Notes: generated from the sequence alone by a model not told the origin. A stretch of 6,060 nucleotides of DNA from Candidatus Heimdallarchaeota archaeon B3_Heim (GCA_003144275.1 NJBF01000097.1:1-6060), one strand, 5' to 3'; shown: positions 1-5,782, counted from the stretch's first letter. Translations and numbers: made by a program.

Positions 1-2
1 CT

Positions 3-443
3 CAAAATAAAGACGAACTATATTCAAATGTAGATCTTGCTTACTCACCGGATTTATTAGGACATTTTAAATTTTCATACAAAATTCCTTTTAATCAACG
101 CATTAAAGAAATGATATTATCAGCTGCAATTAATTATGTTGATGAAATGGAGACTGACTGGGATTTGGCTAAAACAGATGCCAACGGAAACCTGATTATA
201 AATGAAGGTCTTCCGCCGGGGGGAAGAATGGGCTTCACTTCTAAAAGCACCACTTTTACAAGTTTAAATGTAAGATGTAATGACTTTTTAACAGATGGGC
301 TTAGTTTGAATTTTAAATGTTATAATCTCTTAGATAAAGATTACAGATACCCAATGTATGGTAATTATGCTATGGAGATAGACTTAGGATTCCCTGCAGA
401 AGGAAGACGATTTTTGTTTAGTATAAGCTATGAATTTAAATAG
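3..443 (+). CDS. TonB-dependent outer-membrane receptor, C-terminal part (5'-truncated by window edge)
   Basis: The frame is open from position 3 (QNKDELYSNVDLAYSPDLLGHFKFSYKIPF...), so ATG 111 is internal. It has alternating beta-strand patterning and the typical TBDR ending 'NLLDKDY...G.P..GRRFLFSISYEF(K)'. Confidence 0.8.
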   Translation, partial: QNKDELYSNVDLAYSPDLLGHFKFSYKIPFNQRIKEMILSAAINYVDEMETDWDLAKTDANGNLIINEGLPPGGRMGFTSKSTTFTSLNVRCNDFLTDGLSLNFKCYNLLDKDYRYPMYGNYAMEIDLGFPAEGRRFLFSISYEFK

Positions 444-702
444 CAAATCATCGATAGTTTGTCGGTTTGAATTAATACGGTCTATTATTTTATTTACGAA
501 AATTTTAAATTTCCCGAAGCGATAATTATATATCTTTCCTTTTGGTAACTTTCTGTTTAGATTTTTAAAACAGCCGACTTTGCTAATAATCAGCTCGTAT
601 CAAATTTTTCTTGGAAAACAACCAGCTTTAATGATTTTTTTGATTTTAAAAACTATTTTATTTCAATGATAAACCAAAGGCTAACAGCTAATTGCCAACA
701 AC

Positions 703-728
703 CCTGAATAATTTGTGAATTATTCAGG
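703..728. repeat. Perfect 11-bp inverted repeat (hairpin)
   Basis: CCTGAATAATT (703-713), loop TGTG, AATTATTCAGG (718-728). It overlaps the stop codon of the integrase remnant. Confidence 0.8.
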
Positions 729-855
729 TTAGAACCGGTAACCCATATTTGCATAAAACTGCCTGCCCGAACCAGTTATATTGAACATAAATAGGGGTTT
801 TCTTGTCATTTCTGGACACATTGTGTTTTTTAACTAATAGTTTTATTGATGCCAT
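724..855 (-). pseudogene. Tyrosine recombinase/phage-type integrase remnant, N-terminal arm-DNA-binding part only (Arm-DNA-bind_5-like)
   Basis: ATG at 855 gives MASIKLLVKKHNVSRNDKKTPIYVQYNW..., resembling Bacteroidota integrase N-termini (MASIK.L.K......G..PIY..Y). It stops after 43 aa, and no catalytic domain was found in any frame downstream. Confidence 0.6.
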
Positions 856-923
856 TTTTGAAAGATTGTTTACTTTTATGAATGATAACTCAAGATGAAC
901 AATTACGATCAATTTTAAGATGA

Positions 924-943
924 CTATCTCGTAATCTATCTCG
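924..943. repeat. Tandem 8-bp direct repeat CTATCTCG x2 (12-bp period), possible integrase arm-type binding sites
   Basis: CTATCTCG at 924-931 and 936-943, about 70 bp upstream of the integrase remnant start. The function is inferred from position. Confidence 0.45.
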
Positions 944-1062
944 CAAACTAGAGTTATTTTAAGTTAAGATCAAAAATGGAAAATTTATATGAATCTTCTA
1001 AAAACTGGGATTAAAGGTAATTTGAAGTTAACTAGAGTTAAAATAAGTAAACACTAATTACG

Positions 1063-1148
1063 GTCAGGGTTTGACTTGGAGTCAGACCCAGCGAAATTGA
1101 GTTAAAGCTCAGGGGATTTTATTGCCATTTCACAGGGCAGGCCCTGAC
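1063..1148. repeat. REP-like palindrome pair downstream of DUF4956 (may also act as terminator)
   Basis: Hairpin GGGTTTGACT-TGG-AGTCAGACCC (1067-1089) and hairpin CAGGGC-AG-GCCCTG (1133-1146). The outer ends GTCAGGG (1063-1069) and CCCTGAC (1142-1148) are complementary. GC-rich islands in an AT-rich spacer. Confidence 0.45.
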
Positions 1149-1158
1149 TATTTTCATT

Positions 1159-1851
1159 TTAAAAGTTAATCCTTTCGCTTATTTCATTATCATCAAGATG
1201 GTCCTTGTCGAATTTTGGAGTGTAAAAGATCCTGATCCTTGCCGTATCCCTTAAGAAATTAATCCTTCCGATTTCAATTCGGTATATTTTCAATCCGGTT
1301 CGATTTTCAAGATCTTCAATAAGTTTAACCCGGTTTTCGGGCTTTACCAATTCTATTTTTTCATACACGATGGTTTTACTGTTCTCTTTAGACTGCATCA
1401 AGTATTTTTCGCCTATCCATGCCACAAGGAGAACCATTGTATTAATAAACAATAGCTCAACATAACTGGTTAGCAAGGTAACTAGGGCATTAATCACTGA
1501 AATACCAATAACCAGGAACAGATAGGTCATTTCCTTGATTGGAATCTGACGGGTTCTGAACCTTAGTATCCCAAACAGTGCAAACAATCCCAGAGCTACT
1601 CCTATACCTAATTTATCAACCTTGATTAATGAAAAAGATATCAGGAATACAATTGTACTAACTAACATAAAAGTGAAGAAATATTCTTTTCTTTTTGCAA
1701 CAGGATAGTATAAATACCTGATAAGTGCGAAAACAACCAGTGTATTGAAAATAAACCTGGCCACTAATTCCAAAAAACCCGATGTATTTATAAGTTCGAT
1801 ACCGAAAAAGCGGGCAGGCTCAACTACCTGGGCTAAAATTTCTGTAATCAT
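1159..1851 (-). CDS. DUF4956 domain membrane protein
   Basis: 230 aa with several hydrophobic helices. Motifs YFFTF, GLGVALGLFALFGILRFRT..IPIKEMTYLF and a soluble C-terminus YEKIELVKPEN...LIEDLENRTG. It overlaps the VTC gene end by 32 bp, the usual pairing. Confidence 0.85.
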   Translation of the reverse strand: MITEILAQVVEPARFFGIELINTSGFLELVARFIFNTLVVFALIRYLYYPVAKRKEYFFTFMLVSTIVFLISFSLIKVDKLGIGVALGLFALFGILRFRTRQIPIKEMTYLFLVIGISVINALVTLLTSYVELLFINTMVLLVAWIGEKYLMQSKENSKTIVYEKIELVKPENRVKLIEDLENRTGLKIYRIEIGRINFLRDTARIRIFYTPKFDKDHLDDNEISERINF

Positions 1852-2596
1852 GGCTCATTTTATTTAGGGTTAGTAATTTTCTTTTGAAACGATTGTATTT
1901 TAAATTTTTATCAAGCAGGATCATTCCAAGGCAATATTTGCTCATTCCTGTGGGTTTGATCCTTTCTTCATTCAGCAAGTTAATAAAATCAGAATAACCG
2001 GAAAACCTGCTGCGTTTAACTTCTGCAATAACAAGGAATGGAAGTTTATGAACTTTTGAGTTCTTTATAAACTGCAAATTCAGATCGATGGTAAGACGTT
2101 CATTCATCTTTTTCTGAACAAGGGTTAATCTTGAAAACTTATTCCACAGCTTTGTTTCCAGTTCCTCAGAATTGTAAGGAGTATTGTTGTTAATAAATTG
2201 CTTTGATTTTTTTGATATATCCTCTTCGATTTTTTTCCTTTTTATCCTGATCTTATTAGTTCGGCTTTTGTTGTTTTTAAATTTAATTTCCAGGAACCGG
2301 GTATCAGAATCGACATATTCCCTGAACCTGACCTTGTAACGGTTTAGATTTCTGTTATGATGCTCCAGGTACATTTGACTGTTTGTTGTATCAAGATACT
2401 TGGAGCGGTAAAGAAATAAACTTTTATTGTTTATTGTCAATACTTTATAATATTCTGTTGCTTTTCTGAGCAACCAGGGTAGTTTATCGACTGTAAAAAT
2501 GAATTTAGTATCTGTACGGTTCATCAGCTTCACATTATCCATCTCATCCAGATTGATGGGTTCAAAGGTCTCCAATATTTTTTCAATGCTATCCAA
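1820..2596 (-). CDS. VTC (polyphosphate polymerase-like, CYTH-fold) domain protein
   Basis: 258 aa with a TTG start (in-frame TAA three codons upstream). Motifs LMNRTDTKF, YLDT, KVRFREY, FLEIK, RLTID, AEVK, SKYC; adjacent to DUF4956. Confidence 0.85.
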   Translation of the reverse strand: MDSIEKILETFEPINLDEMDNVKLMNRTDTKFIFTVDKLPWLLRKATEYYKVLTINNKSLFLYRSKYLDTTNSQMYLEHHNRNLNRYKVRFREYVDSDTRFLEIKFKNNKSRTNKIRIKRKKIEEDISKKSKQFINNNTPYNSEELETKLWNKFSRLTLVQKKMNERLTIDLNLQFIKNSKVHKLPFLVIAEVKRSRFSGYSDFINLLNEERIKPTGMSKYCLGMILLDKNLKYNRFKRKLLTLNKMSHDYRNFSPGS

Positions 2597-2612
2597 TGTG
2601 ATTTAGTATATT

Positions 2613-2689
2613 TGACTAACTCCGCCATCCACAAAGTGATCCCTGACTGTCCGACAGGCAGGCCTTCGGGAAAATGACGGAGTTAGTCA
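2613..2689. repeat. Composite REP-like palindrome with nested hairpin
   Basis: TGACTAACTCCGCCAT (2613-2628) versus ATGACGGAGTTAGTCA (2674-2689) is a 15/16 inverted match. An inner imperfect palindrome CCTG-A-CTGT-CCG-ACAG-G-CAGG lies at 2642-2662. Confidence 0.7.
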
Positions 2690-2717
2690 TAAAATAAAAT
2701 TAAAAATTTTGTAAACT

Positions 2718-2972
2718 TCAGGAACAAAGATGACTTAAAATTTCGAATAAGATGCCATACGGCTCTATGAAATCTTCAATTTTCTTGACTTTTTCAATGT
2801 CTTTCCATTTCAATTCAAAATTTTCTGATTCTTGAATTGCTGCTTCAAAAGGAAATATTATTTCTTCTTCTAAAAAATCCAATCATTTGTATAATTGCTC
2901 TTCCTTCTTTTTCGACTTAATTTCTTTTAATACTTTCTTCTTTATTTTTTGTATTCGTTCAGCATTCTTCAT
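2718..2972 (-). pseudogene. CcbP-like (calcium-binding protein family) pseudogene with in-frame TGA and apparent C-terminal truncation
   Basis: Absent from the ORF track. ATG 2972 reads MKNAERIQKIKKKVLKEIKSKKKEEQLYK*LDFLEEEIIFPFEAAIQESENFELKWKDIEKVKKIEDFIEPYGILFEILSHLCS*, with the internal TGA at 2885-2883. The pattern 'EQ...W..FLEE...FPFEA...YGIL.EI' resembles the Calci_bind_CcbP family from memory. Confidence 0.55.
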
Positions 2973-2993
2973 TGTGGCTTCGTGGATTATAAT

Positions 2994-3278
2994 CTATGAT
3001 TCAATCTTTCCATTATACAAATCCCATACTGGAAAAATCATATCATAATCATTCCAATTTAAATTCCCGTCAATTACCTGATAATTAGAAAATAAAATTT
3101 CATCAAGATATTTTTTGATAGATGGATGAAGTGACTTTGTTAAGAAAGGTTTAAAATCAACCAGTCTTTCCGTATCATCATTAAATTTAATCCTGATTGC
3201 ATAATCACCAAGATACCTTGCATTTTCAATCAAGACTGTTTGTATCTTTTGTTGATTATAATCTACTAAAATTCTCAT
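2994..3278 (-). CDS. DUF2442 domain protein (putative antitoxin)
   Basis: 94 aa, 'IENARYLGDYAIRIKFNDDTERLVDFKPFL...NLNW...D.IFPVWDLY'. ATGA overlap with the upstream DUF4160 gene. Confidence 0.85.
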   Translation of the reverse strand: MRILVDYNQQKIQTVLIENARYLGDYAIRIKFNDDTERLVDFKPFLTKSLHPSIKKYLDEILFSNYQVIDGNLNWNDYDMIFPVWDLYNGKIES

Positions 3279-3580
3279 TTTATTCTTTTTGTAATTTTTT
3301 CAAATTTAACGTCTTTATGATATACAAAGTAGTTTATCCATTTCTCTACTATTTTGTCAGAATAATTCTCAAGGAACACCTCAAAGTCTTTTAAATCTTT
3401 TCCAATCAATGGCTTTGAACCTTTTATCGCAGTTATCTTAATCTCCGAGATGACTCCATTTATAATAAAAAATTCTGCCTTACTTTCAAATTCTCCTTTC
3501 TTTGCATGAACATGAATCGGCTCATGCTCATTGGAATAAAAGAATATTAGAATTCCTAAATATTCAAAAATCTTTGGCAT
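3275..3580 (-). CDS. DUF4160 domain protein (putative toxin partner of DUF2442)
   Basis: 101 aa, signature 'MPKIFEYLGILIFFYSNEHEPIHVHAKKG...AEF'. Translationally coupled to DUF2442. Confidence 0.85.
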   Translation of the reverse strand: MPKIFEYLGILIFFYSNEHEPIHVHAKKGEFESKAEFFIINGVISEIKITAIKGSKPLIGKDLKDFEVFLENYSDKIVEKWINYFVYHKDVKFEKITKRIK

Positions 3581-3594
3581 TGTATCTTTTTATA

Positions 3595-3625
3595 CAAAAT
3601 TACACATTTTACACTATATTTCATA
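3595..3625 (-). promoter_or_regulatory. Probable cassette-internal Bacteroidota sigma70-type promoter for the DUF4160/DUF2442 pair
   Basis: The -7 box TAATTTTG (3602-3595) matches TAnnTTTG. TATG (3625-3622) lies 19 nt upstream and is a 3/4 match to the TTTG -33 box. The box is 14 nt before the ATG. Confidence 0.55.
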
Positions 3626-3695
3626 GTAGTGCATTTTTGCCATGAGCCACAACGTCAGTCTGTCTAAAAAGCTCCGGTTCTAATTAAATAGTGAC

Positions 3696-3726
3696 CAAAT
3701 ATAAGCCGATTTAAGAGACGCGCAAA
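3696..3726 (-). promoter_or_regulatory. Outward-facing consensus Bacteroidota promoter in the IS right end (copy 1)
   Basis: The - strand reads TTTG (3726-3723), N19, TATATTTG (3703-3696), an exact match to the TTTG/TAnnTTTG consensus. It points out of the IS into the DUF4160 cassette. Confidence 0.7.
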
Positions 3727-3746
3727 AAAGGTGGTTAAGATTTTAT

Positions 3747-4019
3747 TCAAAAAATTGATTGCTTACATTTTTTTTCCAGGTCTCTCGATGATCGAATCTT
3801 ATTCAAATACCCATAAATGTAAAGCTTGAGCAAATCTGCCGGATGATAAGCCGGGCGACCATTGTCGACAAAGTCTGTCTTGAACCCGAACTCTTGTAAA
3901 GAAAGACTGTCTGCAAAAAGATCTATTAATCTTACTTCGTTATCAGGGTCAATAGATTGATCTAAAGAAACAGGGAAAAGATACGTTTGCGTTCTGTCGT
4001 GTCCTTTTATGAATTTCAT
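3747..4019 (-). pseudogene. IS1182-family transposase, N-terminal fragment (DUF772/InsH N-terminal-like)
   Basis: MKFIKGHDRTQTYLFPVSLDQSIDPDNEVRLIDLFADSL...GRPAYHPADLLKLYIYGYLNKIRSSRDLEK is the characteristic IS1182 N-terminus. It is fused out of frame at 3764/3765 to the IS 3' end, and the DDE domain is absent. Confidence 0.88.
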
Positions 4020-4107
4020 ACTTAAAGATACTAATAGCCAGTATCTTAATTTGGGTTTTTATCATAAAGTTATGAACAAAATCAAGAGGTTTTTAGACAG
4101 TCTGACG

Positions 4108-4234
4108 AACAGCGCTAAAATTTAGTTGCCGTTTTATTTGCAGTTTCCTTTCTATTTACTAACATATTTTATCAAAGATAATTAACTTTCATTTACCTTC
4201 AAACCGGCAATTAATTTTAACGCATGTTACCTGC
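4108..4234 (-). other. attC-like recombination hairpin (non-canonical) closing the Schlafen/AlbA_2 cassette
   Basis: The arms AACAGCGCTAAAATTTAGTTGCCG (4108-4131) and CGGCAATTAATTTTAACGCATGTT (4205-4228) pair, with single bulges (A4224 and one T in 4121-4123), two non-Watson-Crick positions and a roughly 70-nt loop. On the - strand it begins GCAGGTAAC (4234-4226) and ends ...CGCTG|TT (G4110). Confidence 0.72.
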
Positions 4235-4399
4235 TGGCTTTTATTCATTCTGTCTGTTTATCAATGCGTTGGCAAAGACATACTTATTGACAAGTTTTGG
4301 CTTGTGTGGTTGGCTTTTGAGCGACTTGGCAATGTGTATGGCTTTTGTGGTGGCAATTTCGCATTTCTCTTATTTTGATTAATAATTATTTCTAGTCAT

Positions 4400-4428
4400 T
4401 GTGCAATTTGTGCAATTAATGTGCAATT
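4400..4428. repeat. TGTGCAATT x3 short direct repeat
   Basis: Copies at 4400-4408, 4409-4417 and 4420-4428, abutting the stop codon of the 4428-5747 gene. Confidence 0.8.
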
Positions 4429-5747
4429 CATTTTAAGCTGTAAAAAGCACCTGCTCCCTTTTGTCCGCTTGGCTTTAATAATTCTTTTTCAACTAATTCA
4501 GAAAGGTCATTACTTGCTGTATTTCTAGAGCAATCATTTATTTCCTGATACGTACTATTTGTAATCTTTTCATTATCTTTTGTGTAGAGAATGGCCTTTA
4601 TCTGTCTATGATTTAAGTTGAGAGATTGTAAATATGATTCACTGTAAATGTCTTTTCTAAACTCTACCCAAAAGCCCGATGATTCGTAATAATAAGAGGG
4701 GGTTGGCAATCCTGCTTCTTTACATTTCTCTATTATTTTTATCGTTCCTCTTCCCCAGGATTCAATGTAACCACATCTAAAAACGGCATTAGCAATATCA
4801 GGGTTATAAGGTTTTGATGAATGTTTTTTTGTTAGAGTTTCAATTGTCCAGTTTTCAGGAAGTTGTCCATCGTTCCAAAACATGATTTTGTCTTTATAAA
4901 CACTAATTTGGATAGGAGTATTTCCTGAATAATCTTTATGAATTATTGCATTTAATAAAGCTTCACGGACAGCTTCTTTCGGGTATTCATATATTTCTAC
5001 TCGTTGAATATCTTCATACGAAATATTTGCTTTGATATATTTGGCAAAAAGCAAATCCATGGTTTTTTCTATTTGCTCAAATATATTACCATGTATTTCA
5101 TCCTGATACATCAATTCCGAATCTGATTCAAAAAATCCAATTTTGATATATGATCCTGTAACAAAATTTTCAGGTTTGGGATGAAATAATAGGATAGCTG
5201 CTCGTTTTAAAAATTCATTCTCTTTGAGCTGTAAATTTTCAATCAAATGTTCGTTACTGTCAGTTAATACTTCTTCTTCAATACGTTTACTCTTATAAGC
5301 TCGTTTCCGAAAAAAATCAAAAGTGTCTTCTTTTAAGTCAGAAACTAAAACATTGGGAACAGGGACACCATCCCACTTTTTACCTTTCTTTTGAAGCATG
5401 AATTTGTTCAATGCAGCTCCTTTTAATTCTTGTTTGGTGCTTCCACTTCGATAATGATATTGACCTTTGTAGTTAACAGGATAAGGATAATCTTCAACAT
5501 TTATTTCAAGGTACTCGCCTTCGGTTGTAGTATGTAGGTTTACATCTACTATAATTCCTAGAATATCCTTTGTTTTGTTCGGAATATCCTCCAACAATTT
5601 CTTTGCATTAGCAACACCAACTACATTCCCTTTATTATCTTTGCCGATGTAAATTTTACCACCTTTAGCATTAGCAAAACCGCATATCCATTTCAGATAT
5701 TCGTCTCGCCAACTGGCTTTCCATTCTGTGTTTTGGGTTTCGGGCAT
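4428..5747 (-). CDS. Schlafen/AlbA_2 domain + HATPase_c_4 + C-terminal winged-HTH protein (often annotated as 'ATP-dependent DNA helicase RecG-like' or transcriptional regulator)
   Basis: N-terminal E-x4-E-x-K (ETQNTEWK) and 'ICGFANAKGGKIYIG'. Middle 'YPKEAVREALLNAIIHKDY', 'S.PYNPDIANAVFRCGYIESWGRG'. C-terminal 'ITNSTYQEINDCSRNTASNDLSELVEKELL'. Confidence 0.85.
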   Translation of the reverse strand: MPETQNTEWKASWRDEYLKWICGFANAKGGKIYIGKDNKGNVVGVANAKKLLEDIPNKTKDILGIIVDVNLHTTTEGEYLEINVEDYPYPVNYKGQYHYRSGSTKQELKGAALNKFMLQKKGKKWDGVPVPNVLVSDLKEDTFDFFRKRAYKSKRIEEEVLTDSNEHLIENLQLKENEFLKRAAILLFHPKPENFVTGSYIKIGFFESDSELMYQDEIHGNIFEQIEKTMDLLFAKYIKANISYEDIQRVEIYEYPKEAVREALLNAIIHKDYSGNTPIQISVYKDKIMFWNDGQLPENWTIETLTKKHSSKPYNPDIANAVFRCGYIESWGRGTIKIIEKCKEAGLPTPSYYYESSGFWVEFRKDIYSESYLQSLNLNHRQIKAILYTKDNEKITNSTYQEINDCSRNTASNDLSELVEKELLKPSGQKGAGAFYSLK

Positions 5748-5774
5748 ATTTTCAGCATTTAATTATTAATCATT

Positions 5775-5782
5775 CAAAAATA
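5775..5782 (-). promoter_or_regulatory. Possible -7 promoter box for the AlbA_2 gene
   Basis: TATTTTTG matches TAnnTTTG, 27 nt before the ATG. Only a weak TTTT is found at the -33 position. Confidence 0.4.

Larger units (their letters stand above)
2972..3652 (-). mobile_element. Putative integron-like gene cassette carrying DUF4160/DUF2442 (attC-like hairpin missing)
   Basis: It starts (- strand) with TTGTGGCTCATGG at 3652 and ends with CCACGAAGCCACAA at 2985-2972. AGCCACAA (3645-3652) and TTGTGGCT (2972-2979) are perfect 8-bp complements with further imperfect pairing, the core/inverse-core relationship expected of a cassette. Confidence 0.55.
3653..4107 (-). mobile_element. Internally deleted, non-autonomous IS1182-family element (455 bp, MITE-like)
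   Basis: 18-bp terminal inverted repeats CGTCAGTCTGTCTAAAAA (3653-3670) and TTTTTAGACAGTCTGACG (4090-4107) match 17/18. Flanked by AA/AA (3651-3652, 4108-4109), a 2-bp duplication. It contains the transposase 5' end joined to the IS 3' end. Confidence 0.85.

Noticed and set aside
111-113. ATG 111 as a true start
   Set aside because: The frame is open back to the window edge and the product is a TBDR C-terminus.
703-728. XerCD dif site
   Set aside because: The spacing between ATAA and TTAT is 8 bp rather than 6, and there is no XerD-type TTATGTTAA arm.
724-855. The array's integron integrase
   Set aside because: It resembles an arm-binding phage-type integrase N-terminus, which IntI proteins lack, and it has no catalytic domain.
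856-912. N-terminal extension of the 62-aa ORF (724..912)
   Set aside because: Integrase-like sequence begins at ATG 855. The extension looks like non-coding leader.
2613-2689. Canonical attC site (GACTAAC...GTTAGTC)
   Set aside because: The stem has no extrahelical bases or central spacer, no cassette start matches this core, and the content is REP-like. Not fully excluded.
2883-2885. TGA recoding (genetic code 4/25 or selenocysteine)
   Set aside because: Neighbouring intact genes end in TGA (3275, 4428) and use TGG for Trp. The gene is also truncated, so a nonsense mutation is simpler.
3197-3394. 65-aa + strand ORF from the track
   Set aside because: It is antisense to the coupled DUF4160/DUF2442 genes, low complexity and has no recognisable motif, so it is a shadow ORF.
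4025-4047. AAGATACT-N7-AGTATCTT hairpin before the transposase ATG
   Set aside because: It is real but an ordinary IS-internal structure likely limiting transposase expression, not a separate feature.
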